The position numbers and the translations under genes were made by a program. From Marinicella sp. (GTDB taxonomy: Bacteria > Pseudomonadota > Gammaproteobacteria > Xanthomonadales > Marinicellaceae), in NCBI GenBank assembly GCA_965230295.1, contig OZ246001.1:3648001-3712000 (forward strand): 64,000 nt of DNA. The letters are read 5' to 3'. Below the pieces are notes generated by a model. The model did not search any database and had not been told where the DNA came from. It saw nothing but the letters and a program-made list of their open reading frames with translations. This document shows positions 30,930 to 40,341 of the stretch, in pieces; the stretch's first letter is position 1; every line of letters begins with the position of its first letter.

Positions 30930-32828
30930 GTGACTTTGAAACTCAAATATTTATTTCCATTAATTTTAGGCGCTTTTATTAATGATACCAATGGGGCTCA
31001 ATTTGTTCAAAATCTAGAATTTGATGGGAAAGATGAGCTACAGAAATATGATTTTGGTGCAAATAACAAAATCAGTTATCAGTATTCAAGTTTTGGAGTA
31101 CTGGACACGATACATTTAGTTAATAAAACTGCCGGTAATTCAGAACCATTGATCCGAAAAATTGAATACCATGCTGACGGAAGTATAAAGAAAATTCATC
31201 TTGGTGGAAGTGATTATCCAATTGTATTGAATGACATAGACAAAATTGGACGTTTAGTCTACAAAGCCACAAGTATCTTGGAAGAAGGTGCTTCGAGTAG
31301 GACCATGTTAGACAGAGTATATGGAATCATTAGAGATTCTTTTGGAAATATTTTGAACTTGAAAAAATGGGATTTATATCATGATAATGTATTAACTCGT
31401 TATATTTACTCTGACGAAAATCAGTTGATTAAGGTTATCGGTGATGAGCAAAACAGTTGGGGATATGTTTATGATATTAACGGCAACATCATTAGATCAG
31501 GTAAGTTAAATCCTCTTACCGAAACCATTGCCAGTGACTTCCAGGATTTTGGGCCTTACACACAAACAAACAACAGGGATGTTAATTTTGCATATGATGA
31601 TGAAGGGAGGATTATTAAAGATGATAAATTCATCTTTTCTTACAACAGAAACGGAAGGCTTGAGTGGATTAGAGAGATACATACAGGAGACTGGATTGAA
31701 CATTACCTATATGACGTGAATGGATATAGAGTTAGAAAGACTACGACAGATTATGTGATTTATTACAATCGTGATTTCAATGGAAGGGTAGTGCAAGCAA
31801 AAATGGTTTCTCAAACTGGAGAACAACTCAGTCAAATAAATAATTATTACCATGGAGGCAATTTATTATTTAGAGAAATAGAAACAAGCGACTCAACGGA
31901 AAGTCAGTGGTTTGCAAGTGACTATCTCCTTTCTAATGTGGTTTCATGGAATGATCAGGTCATCACCCAGCGCAAAACGTCTCCATATGGTGTTCAGAAT
32001 GAACCAACCGATGACATTGGCTTTACAGGACATGAACATGACATCTTGACCAAGAATATTTACATGAAAGCAAGGTATTATGATCCTGAACGTGGCAGGT
32101 TCATGACACCAGATCCGATTAGAGACACAAATAGTTATATTTCTGCGACAAACAACCTGTATCAATATGCGTTAAATAATCCAGTTAATAAAATAGACCT
32201 CACGGGTCAATATTCAGATGACCCGCCGTCGCAAGTTAATTCTGAAGATGATCCGCCGCCTCCATACAGGCGCAGCAAAGCCAATCCAAGAGCACAAAGA
32301 GTTGCAAACGAGAAATCATTTAAAAAGTGGCTGGCCGAAAATGATCCTTCTGGTCTGATGTTTTTTGAACAAATGGAAGTGAAGCAGCACCAGTGGGAAA
32401 TAGAAAAATATTTGAATGATGTTGGTGCAAACCCCAAGAACCCGCCTTTGGCAGTTAAGTTGGCCATTTGGCTTTTTATTGATAAAAATGCCCATTCAGA
32501 CTGGGAGAGATGGACTATTGAAAGTGACGAAAACTCAAAAAGAGAAGCACAGTGGTATGGGTTTATTAATAAAGCAAAACTCTCGAAAGGAACAACTTTT
32601 GTATATGAGGCATTGCCAACTTCAATGGGAGGTTGGACTCCTGAATATGCAGCATTCGTAAAAGAAAGACATTCAATCTTGGAGAAAAAACATTTTAAAA
32701 CATATAGGCAAGGACAAGCAATGGGTAAAACTGCAAATGTTATTACATTTGCAGGCTTGCCAATACCCGGTGTAGATGAAAGGTTGAAACTGGTTGGGGC
32801 AATACTGATTGAATTGATAACAGATTAA
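30930..32828 (+). CDS. Short secreted Rhs protein: distal YD repeats, Rhs core and ~205 aa C-terminal tip
   Basis: Signal-like N terminus; YD repeats; SPYG, GFTGHEHD, YMKARYYDPERGRFMTPDP and NLYQYALNNPVNKIDLTG. Confidence 0.9.
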   Translation: MTLKLKYLFPLILGAFINDTNGAQFVQNLEFDGKDELQKYDFGANNKISYQYSSFGVLDTIHLVNKTAGNSEPLIRKIEYHADGSIKKIHLGGSDYPIVLNDIDKIGRLVYKATSILEEGASSRTMLDRVYGIIRDSFGNILNLKKWDLYHDNVLTRYIYSDENQLIKVIGDEQNSWGYVYDINGNIIRSGKLNPLTETIASDFQDFGPYTQTNNRDVNFAYDDEGRIIKDDKFIFSYNRNGRLEWIREIHTGDWIEHYLYDVNGYRVRKTTTDYVIYYNRDFNGRVVQAKMVSQTGEQLSQINNYYHGGNLLFREIETSDSTESQWFASDYLLSNVVSWNDQVITQRKTSPYGVQNEPTDDIGFTGHEHDILTKNIYMKARYYDPERGRFMTPDPIRDTNSYISATNNLYQYALNNPVNKIDLTGQYSDDPPSQVNSEDDPPPPYRRSKANPRAQRVANEKSFKKWLAENDPSGLMFFEQMEVKQHQWEIEKYLNDVGANPKNPPLAVKLAIWLFIDKNAHSDWERWTIESDENSKREAQWYGFINKAKLSKGTTFVYEALPTSMGGWTPEYAAFVKERHSILEKKHFKTYRQGQAMGKTANVITFAGLPIPGVDERLKLVGAILIELITD

Positions 32829-35800
32829 TGGATAAGGTAATGATAAAAATTAAATTAATAAAAAGTAAGCTGTTGGCCATGGTGCTGATAATGATAGTTC
32901 CATTTTCAAATTCGTACTCAGAAATTCACTCGCTCACATCGGCTTCGAATCAAATTGGTGAAACTTCTTCAATGAAAGGAGTTAAGTATAATGAGTATTC
33001 TGGTGCAATCAAAATAATTGGTGAATCATTGAAGTTCAAAGAGCTTAGGTTGCCTATCACTTTTTCACAGTCTGATGAGCAAAAATATACCAGATTGGGA
33101 ATGAACAATGATATTCCTGTTTCTTATGGAAATGAACATTTTGTTTTAAGCGAAACATTTGCGGCAGGATGGGATATTGGTTTTGGCTATCTTCAAGTGA
33201 AAAGGCCAAAAACTGAGCAAACCATAACCGATTGCACTGAGCTCGCAACACTGGATCCAAGTTTAGAATGCTCGGCTGCCAGAGGTCTTATCGAATACAT
33301 TTCTCCTGAAGGTGGTAGAAGTGAATTTGTGAGAGATTATTTGTTTACTGATTATGAATCAGAAACAGAACAAATAATTGGCGATGTGCGATTTATAGAT
33401 AAAAATTTAAGAAGAATATTAACTTCAAAAAGTTCAAGTACTCATTTCACAAGTAACTCGTATTTAATGCTTTTACCTGATGGTAAGAAAATTGTTTTTG
33501 AACCTGTTTTTCAACTGGCAGAAAATGACCCTGAATTAAGCGTGATGAGGTTTTACCCTACTCAAATCATTTCTCCTATTGGAGAAGAGTTTAAAATAAA
33601 GTATTTAAATGGTCTTAGAAAAGAGTTACCAGCAAATTTCGATTCATCTACATTGGCTGAAAATCTCAATACCAACCAATTGTTACAACTGGATTTTTTT
33701 AATTCACGGATATCGGAAGTTTCTGACAATACCGGCAGGAAAATATTAATCAACTACTCTGAATACCCTGTTACTGATTCTCCTCTTAAAAACCTGAGAC
33801 CGAAGGAGATTTTTCTAGATAACAGTCCCACCCCTGTAAGGACTTTTGAATACGGGGTTATTAAAGTTGGAACCATGGATATCAACCATGTGGTTTTGAA
33901 AAGCATTACTTACAAAGATGGCAATGTTAAAAGTTTCGATTTTGAGAATGATCCCGGGTCCATTTACTCCAGCGGGAACAAAGCAAGACCCTATTTAAAT
34001 CGTTCCTATAACAGTGATGGGTCGTATGTGGAAATTGAATACAGTCCCTTGTCTGACAAATACTGCGAAATTCAAAGAACAGGTTTTTCAACAGGTCTGG
34101 TGAAATCTATATTAACCACGAAAATTGACTCTATTAAGGCGTATGATGCCAACAGCGTTTTGGATAAAGGCTATGAGTTCAGTTATATTGAAAACACTGG
34201 GCTGAACTTAAATGATCATTTCATTATCACAAAATCTTCTTTGGATGATACTGAACTTGTTACAACAAGTTATTTATCAGAACCGGTAGGGGAGACTTTT
34301 GACTGCATGAGTGGACAAGGAAACAGTGCAATTTGTTGTGATGTGAAAGTAGGAAATCAATCAGGTAATTCGGTTTTTCAGTATCTAACAACGGCACGGA
34401 AACAGGTTAATGGTTCAAAAATATCAAGAGTAACAAAATATATTAATAATGAAAATCAAAGCTCCAGCATGACTGAGAAGTGGTACTACATCAATGACAT
34501 GCGTTATGTGGGAAATGACCAGATCACTCCTATCTTTTCAAACAACTCATTACCAGTAAATAGAATTATCCAGGATAACGGGATTTTGGCACCTGGCCCT
34601 TTTCTGAAACAGTACTCATTTAAATATGATAATGCTTATAAATATGATAACAGTGAAATTTGGCACAATAAAAAATACACATATTTTTTTGATGAAGATC
34701 AAAGTGTACTTCATGGTTCCTCAGAGCTATCTATTAGAGACATGCTGAAAGTGTCAGATGAGACGAGTTGGGTGGAAAAAAAGCAAGCTGGTGTTGATCC
34801 TTCATTTCAACCGTCGACACAAAATTTGATAACTAAATTTCATTTTGACAATACAGTGAAGCATGAGCCTGATGATTTTGTGATAGATGAGTTTAAGTAT
34901 TGGTTCAATGACTATAACCAAAAAGAAGTTTTATATAACTTTATCAATATGAATCTAAGCCCTGTCAGTGCGCTCATATCAAAAACGGAAAGAAACTATC
35001 ACCCAGATTTTCCCAGAACCACAGAGTTTATCAACTATTCACTCGAAAACGAACAGACATCGCTGCACACAGAATATTACGACAGTTCCACAGGTCATCA
35101 GAAGAATGATGAACATTTTGGGTTCCCCATATACACGTATAGAACCAATGATTTATTTAAAGATTATTATAAAGATTATAAATATGGATTACCAAAAACG
35201 ACAATCAACAATCAGAATGCTACAGATGGGTCTGAAAATTTAGTGCTCTCTGATTTCAACCATGAAGGTCAACTATCAGTACATGCAAGTAATGGTGAAG
35301 TTAAAAAGTACGATTATGGATTGGATGGAAGGGTTACTCAGATTGACTCTGGAACGGCTGTGATCAGCTATCAATATAACGAGCCAAATAGTGAAGATTT
35401 GTGGGTTAAAACATCTAAAGATGGTGTGTTGATAGAGCAGGTGGATTTTGATCACTTCAAACGTGTCGTCAAGAAGTCAACAATGTTTCATGATAATTCC
35501 GTTCACTTGACAATCAATGAATATGACAGCGCTGGCAGATTAATCGGTTTGACTAATCCACTTGGCGGTTTTCATAAAAATGTATACGATGTCACAGGAA
35601 GGTTAATCAAAAAAGAACATTATGATAAAAATTGTAATTTGCATTCAGATTGCAATTTAATGAAAAGCGAATTGATCAATTATGATTACACACAGGAATT
35701 TCCCTATTATGAGACTACGGAAACCATTACATATGAAAACGGTTCTGAATTCAAAGTTATCAGAATTGAAGAAAATGATTTGATTGGAAGACCTATTAAA

Positions 35801-38800
35801 ACGCAGTCAATGAAAGAATCTGTGAGTTCAAATCAAAGGTCAGAGATTACTGGAACGGAGTTTTCTTATGATTACCGAAACTCAAGTGAAGATGGTTCTA
35901 ATTCAAAACTACATGTCTCAAAACAGAAATCTATTTTAAATCCCTTAATGGTGCGTGAGTTTGGGTATGATTTAATAAACCAAACAAGATGGGAAAAACA
36001 CCCTGAGATTAACCAGAATGATGTTGTTTCTTATAAATATAATAACAAGGGGATGCTTGTACAAAAAGATACCCCTGCTAAATCATTCACATTTGAATAT
36101 GATGCTGCTCACAGGCTAGTAGGCGTAAAAGATGAACTGGATGAAGAAAATAATCTGATTGATTTTATATATGATGAATTCAATAATGTTGTTGAACAGT
36201 CTATAAATCTATATGGAAAAAAAGTAAAAACCATATTTGAAAATTTTGATGAGAATAATAGACCAGGTAAAGTCATCACAGAAATTCCTGATGTTTTACC
36301 TCCAGCTACAGATTTATTTCCTGATAAATACTGGTTACTAGCACCAACATTAAACCTGAATTGGGATCCAAACCCGGCTGATTCCTATACCGTGTTACTC
36401 AAAAGATCAGATGCCAATATGGCATTAAGGTTTGAGTCTTTGTTACAAGATGACATCAGAATCACTCCCGAAAAGATCATTTCCTCAATAAGAGATATTA
36501 AACGAGATCATAGATTTGAAGCCACAAAATATGAGCAAGCTTTGGGTGAAGGATATTTGTTAAAACCGGAATTTTCTTATTCGTGGAGGGTATTATCAAA
36601 TTCAAATAATGGAGAGCCTATTTTTCCCAGTGAATGGATTCCTTTAACAAATCCCATCAATCCAAGCGACTGTCATATTGGTTTCTTTAACGTAGAAAAT
36701 GGGTTGAATGAGGGAGCGCTGGTTGAATGGGAAGCCAGGAACTGCGATAAAAACCTACATGTTTTGCAAGTTTTTGCTTCTACTGCAAATGACAGTGAGA
36801 TATCCGGTGAATGTCAGTTTGACAATGCGGAGTATTCAGCACATATGGTAGGCCGTGAAAGAGCATTGTTTATGTTGAATGGCTACGACATGGTGGATGG
36901 GATGCCTGTATTCGCTGCGAATCCTGCATCACCACAATGCAGCGGTGTAAATAGTGCTGAATTCTGGGCTGTATTGAAGGACAAAACATCTGGCGAAATC
37001 ATTCATGAATGGTCGAGAAGAGAAGGGCGTGTCATCAGTGGTCAGGTTTGTTCTCTTAGAAATGTAAATGTGATTCATGGCCTTTCTGGCAGAGCACCGA
37101 TCATCAGTTGGTATGCAGAGAATTGTGACAATAACACTTTGCAGGTTTTGGTAGACAGTCAATACAATTCAGAACGACCCGAATGTCTGTTGGAGAAATG
37201 GCATTGGATAGAAGCAGAACAACTTGGAATGGATGGACAAATCAGGGCTCACTTCATGTCAGAAGGTTATCAAAACAACGATGGTATAGCTTGCCCGCCC
37301 ATTGAAAAGACATCGTTATTGGTTAGAATTTTGGATGATTCTCAAAATGTTGTTGAAAGGTATCCATTTGAAGTGTTTGCATATCCAGACGATAGCCAAT
37401 GCAGGACACGTATTTTTAATGGTGGTTCAGCGCCAGGAATCGCACCATTAGTGGAGTGGGAAACCATTAACTGTGATGACTATGATGTAAGAGTGACACG
37501 AACCAGCGTTGGCGGAGTAGAGGACAGTCAATGCTTTTTACATAAAAACATCTGGAGTACTGTCAAAACTGGACCCAAGTTCGCTACATTCATGACAGAA
37601 GGCTTCGATAGAATTGGAACATTCTGCGAACCCCAGTATGAAATAGACTTCACGATTGAAGTGCTGGATCCCAATACAGGCTTAAGAATCAATGAGAATG
37701 ACAGTTACCACACATTAAGGGTTCAAACCAAAGGGCTTGAATACTCTGATTCTCAGGAGTGCCATATATTAAATTATGGCGTTTTCGATGGTTATGCCAA
37801 CTCGTCACCGATGGTTTCATGGAGCACAACTCCTGGCTGCGCCGGTGGAAAAGTAAATCTTAAAATCAACAGCTTACACCCGAACCCATCTGAAGGACTG
37901 GATCCGGTTTGTGAATTGAATGATGTCACCTGGCTTAGCCAACATTATGGTCCTGCTGCATTAGAGTTCGCAACTGTCGGTTATGATCAGAATTTTATAG
38001 ATGATGGCACACCAGGTTATCGATGCCCTAAAGACAATAATAATCAGACCACGACAATCAATGAATATGAAGTATGGGTTGAGGTAGTCAACAGTTTTGG
38101 GCATGTGGTCACTCAAACTGATAAAAAACCAGTTTACTACGAACCTCATATCAATCAAAACAACACAGGAGTTTGCTCGATCACACCAAATTCATTTGAA
38201 ATAATCAGCCAGGGTGGAGGTAATAACGCCCCAGCCATCAACTGGCAAACAGACTGTAATGTTGGTGGTAGGTATTCGGTCAATGTGTTGGCCAGTTCAC
38301 TGAGTGATGATGATCCAAACCCTCAACCCAGCAGGAACATGTTTGAGATAGCTGGTGCGCCATTTAATATTACACTTCCTGATTTATGTGGTTTCCAAAA
38401 TGTAACATTTGCTGCAGATGTGATGGGACCAAGACCTGCGTACTTTTTGAGGAATGGTTACCACAGCTACAGACACGACCACGAAAATATTTGTAATACG
38501 CACTCTGCTAAATTCCAGGTAGTCATTACAGATACAGTGACTGGAAATGTTATTGACATGACAGAACCATTACTGGTCAGCTATCAGGGTGAATATTCAA
38601 AAGATCCGTTGGTGGATAATTGTTTCCAGGACAGTTGCCATGAGCTGGATGATGATGCTAATACAAGTCTTTCTCAACCAGACAGTGGTTCAACAGCTGG
38701 TGTAATAGATAATCCTATTGCTACAGTGCAAGGCGTTGACTTGGTTGTTTCTCACTTATCCATATCAAATATCAATCCTTTCGTTGGAGATGAAGTGACG

Positions 38801-39484
38801 GTGAACTGGAAGATATTTAACAATGGAACTCAAACAGCTACATCTACTGACGTTTACTTTCAATTAAAGGGATACAGTAGTGCTTTACATGATATGACTG
38901 GAGTGATTGCACCACAACAAGAAGTTTCAATGAGTAAGACATTCATTGTGCCCGATGATTGGAGGGGCAGTGAAACAGTCTATGTGAAAGTAAATCACTC
39001 ACAAAGCTTATCAGAATCAAATTATGCAAACAACCTCGCTTTTTTATACCTTAATATCAGTGAGATGTTACCTGATATTGAGGTTGGGCTTTTTGAAATA
39101 ACTGGAGTTGATAGCATCAGTTTTACAAAAGCCATGAAGTGCTGGGACAGGGAAAACCCTATTTTACTCAATGCAGGTGGCACCTTAAGAATGTATGGTA
39201 CGATAATAAATGAAGGTATAATTTCTGTTCAAGAACAACAACATGCAGATAAATTCTTTGGGTACGATTTAACAAGTAATCAACCTTTAACCAATGTTCA
39301 GTTTCTCAATTTACCCGCAATTGATGTGGGCGAAATTGTATCAACTCCTTTAGAATTTACATTACCTAACAGTTTAAGTTCAGGCAATCTGATTAGGCTG
39401 GTTTATTTAGCTGACTATGCCAACCAAATCGCTGAAATAGATGAACTGAATAATGGTGCGGTTTGTTATTTAAAAATTCAATAA
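32828..39484 (+). CDS. Giant secreted YD-repeat protein lacking an Rhs core, with an Fn3-like domain, five 4-Cys repeats and two CARDB-like domains
   Basis: Signal peptide; AAGW N-terminal shell motif; YDSAGRL, YDVTGRL, YDAAHRL; CARDB DLVVS...NNG...SESNYANN and PDIEV...IAEIDELNN; no DPxG core. Confidence 0.85.
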   Translation: MDKVMIKIKLIKSKLLAMVLIMIVPFSNSYSEIHSLTSASNQIGETSSMKGVKYNEYSGAIKIIGESLKFKELRLPITFSQSDEQKYTRLGMNNDIPVSYGNEHFVLSETFAAGWDIGFGYLQVKRPKTEQTITDCTELATLDPSLECSAARGLIEYISPEGGRSEFVRDYLFTDYESETEQIIGDVRFIDKNLRRILTSKSSSTHFTSNSYLMLLPDGKKIVFEPVFQLAENDPELSVMRFYPTQIISPIGEEFKIKYLNGLRKELPANFDSSTLAENLNTNQLLQLDFFNSRISEVSDNTGRKILINYSEYPVTDSPLKNLRPKEIFLDNSPTPVRTFEYGVIKVGTMDINHVVLKSITYKDGNVKSFDFENDPGSIYSSGNKARPYLNRSYNSDGSYVEIEYSPLSDKYCEIQRTGFSTGLVKSILTTKIDSIKAYDANSVLDKGYEFSYIENTGLNLNDHFIITKSSLDDTELVTTSYLSEPVGETFDCMSGQGNSAICCDVKVGNQSGNSVFQYLTTARKQVNGSKISRVTKYINNENQSSSMTEKWYYINDMRYVGNDQITPIFSNNSLPVNRIIQDNGILAPGPFLKQYSFKYDNAYKYDNSEIWHNKKYTYFFDEDQSVLHGSSELSIRDMLKVSDETSWVEKKQAGVDPSFQPSTQNLITKFHFDNTVKHEPDDFVIDEFKYWFNDYNQKEVLYNFINMNLSPVSALISKTERNYHPDFPRTTEFINYSLENEQTSLHTEYYDSSTGHQKNDEHFGFPIYTYRTNDLFKDYYKDYKYGLPKTTINNQNATDGSENLVLSDFNHEGQLSVHASNGEVKKYDYGLDGRVTQIDSGTAVISYQYNEPNSEDLWVKTSKDGVLIEQVDFDHFKRVVKKSTMFHDNSVHLTINEYDSAGRLIGLTNPLGGFHKNVYDVTGRLIKKEHYDKNCNLHSDCNLMKSELINYDYTQEFPYYETTETITYENGSEFKVIRIEENDLIGRPIKTQSMKESVSSNQRSEITGTEFSYDYRNSSEDGSNSKLHVSKQKSILNPLMVREFGYDLINQTRWEKHPEINQNDVVSYKYNNKGMLVQKDTPAKSFTFEYDAAHRLVGVKDELDEENNLIDFIYDEFNNVVEQSINLYGKKVKTIFENFDENNRPGKVITEIPDVLPPATDLFPDKYWLLAPTLNLNWDPNPADSYTVLLKRSDANMALRFESLLQDDIRITPEKIISSIRDIKRDHRFEATKYEQALGEGYLLKPEFSYSWRVLSNSNNGEPIFPSEWIPLTNPINPSDCHIGFFNVENGLNEGALVEWEARNCDKNLHVLQVFASTANDSEISGECQFDNAEYSAHMVGRERALFMLNGYDMVDGMPVFAANPASPQCSGVNSAEFWAVLKDKTSGEIIHEWSRREGRVISGQVCSLRNVNVIHGLSGRAPIISWYAENCDNNTLQVLVDSQYNSERPECLLEKWHWIEAEQLGMDGQIRAHFMSEGYQNNDGIACPPIEKTSLLVRILDDSQNVVERYPFEVFAYPDDSQCRTRIFNGGSAPGIAPLVEWETINCDDYDVRVTRTSVGGVEDSQCFLHKNIWSTVKTGPKFATFMTEGFDRIGTFCEPQYEIDFTIEVLDPNTGLRINENDSYHTLRVQTKGLEYSDSQECHILNYGVFDGYANSSPMVSWSTTPGCAGGKVNLKINSLHPNPSEGLDPVCELNDVTWLSQHYGPAALEFATVGYDQNFIDDGTPGYRCPKDNNNQTTTINEYEVWVEVVNSFGHVVTQTDKKPVYYEPHINQNNTGVCSITPNSFEIISQGGGNNAPAINWQTDCNVGGRYSVNVLASSLSDDDPNPQPSRNMFEIAGAPFNITLPDLCGFQNVTFAADVMGPRPAYFLRNGYHSYRHDHENICNTHSAKFQVVITDTVTGNVIDMTEPLLVSYQGEYSKDPLVDNCFQDSCHELDDDANTSLSQPDSGSTAGVIDNPIATVQGVDLVVSHLSISNINPFVGDEVTVNWKIFNNGTQTATSTDVYFQLKGYSSALHDMTGVIAPQQEVSMSKTFIVPDDWRGSETVYVKVNHSQSLSESNYANNLAFLYLNISEMLPDIEVGLFEITGVDSISFTKAMKCWDRENPILLNAGGTLRMYGTIINEGIISVQEQQHADKFFGYDLTSNQPLTNVQFLNLPAIDVGEIVSTPLEFTLPNSLSSGNLIRLVYLADYANQIAEIDELNNGAVCYLKIQ
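36671..38590 (+). repeat. Five degenerate ~115-140 aa Cys-containing protein repeats
   Basis: Units begin at Cys codons 36671, 37049, 37400, 37760 and 38174; pattern C...G..(A)P.(I/V).W...C...C...G...A.F...GY...C...(V/I).D. Confidence 0.75.
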
Positions 39485-39501
39485 AATTTGATAGGACTAG
39501 G

Positions 39502-39532
39502 TTAACTGCTGGTCACATAAACCGGCAGTTAA
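39502..39532 (+). terminator. Probable intrinsic terminator of the Rhs operon
   Basis: Hairpin ttaactgctggt/accggcagttaa just after the stop codon. Confidence 0.6.
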
Positions 39533-39731
39533 TTCCTACTTGCATTAAAATTTCATTGAATAAAATATTTCTCTCAATTTTTTAAATTAAAAGGGCAGAT
39601 TTAATTGAAACAGAGAATTATCTAGACTCGAATTTTTATATGCTACAAAGAATAGGGTAATGTGAATCTTTGATTTAATAACGTCCTTTAATTTCATATC
39701 CTTGCTATATAACCATCTCAACCTTTTATCC

Positions 39732-39777
39732 TTGACATAAATAGACACTGTCAATAATATAGTTGCATATTGCAACC
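39732..39777 (+). promoter_or_regulatory. Sigma70 promoter (TTGACA-17-TAATAT) and MarR operator GTTGCA-N3-TGCAAC
   Basis: -35 at 39732, -10 at 39755, palindrome at 39762-39776. Confidence 0.7.
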
Positions 39778-39788
39778 AATACCTAGAT

Positions 39789-40232
39789 ATGATCAACCAA
39801 TCAATAGAATATAACTCAACCTCAAGGCTGGTGAGTCTTTTGGAAAGACACTCTATTGCACACTTAAAAAGATCTTTGAGCTCCAGTAACTTAAATATCA
39901 CTGTGGAGGAATGGAAGGTATTGTTTTACTTGTGGTATGAAGATGGTTTGAATCAAAATGACATAGCTGCTCGAGCCAATAAAGAAAAAAGTACGATCAC
40001 CAGAAAGATTGATTCACTTGAGAAAAAAGGGTTTGTGAAGAGGATTACGTGTGATTCTGATGCCAGAAACAAAAAAATTGAGCTGACAGAAAAAGGGAAA
40101 TCAATAGAACAACAATCGATGGATTTGGCCAATGAAATCACACTATCTATGGAGCAAGGTATTCCCGATAATGAGATTTTATTCTTCAAAAAAATTCTGA
40201 AATCAATGATCGGAAATTTACAGCTTAATTGA
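39789..40232 (+). CDS. MarR family transcriptional regulator
   Basis: ITVEEWKVL, KSTITRKIDSLEKKGFV and DARNKKIELTEKG. Confidence 0.93.
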   Translation: MINQSIEYNSTSRLVSLLERHSIAHLKRSLSSSNLNITVEEWKVLFYLWYEDGLNQNDIAARANKEKSTITRKIDSLEKKGFVKRITCDSDARNKKIELTEKGKSIEQQSMDLANEITLSMEQGIPDNEILFFKKILKSMIGNLQLN

Positions 40233-40276
40233 AGATTATTATGTATCAGTACATTGAAAACTATTTTTTACGTCAT

Positions 40277-40294
40277 TAGTTGCAAAATACAACT
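40277..40294 (+). promoter_or_regulatory. Second putative MarR operator
   Basis: TAGTTGCAAAATACAACT resembles TAGTTGCATATTGCAACC at 39760. Confidence 0.6.
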
Positions 40295-40341
40295 TTTATT
40301 ATCTTAACATAAAAACTGAAATGCCAATGAGGGTTTTTAAT

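Noticed and set aside
39587-39901. 104 aa minus-strand ORF as an Rhs immunity gene
   Set aside because: It is antisense to marR and its promoter, lies beyond the operon terminator and has no supporting features.
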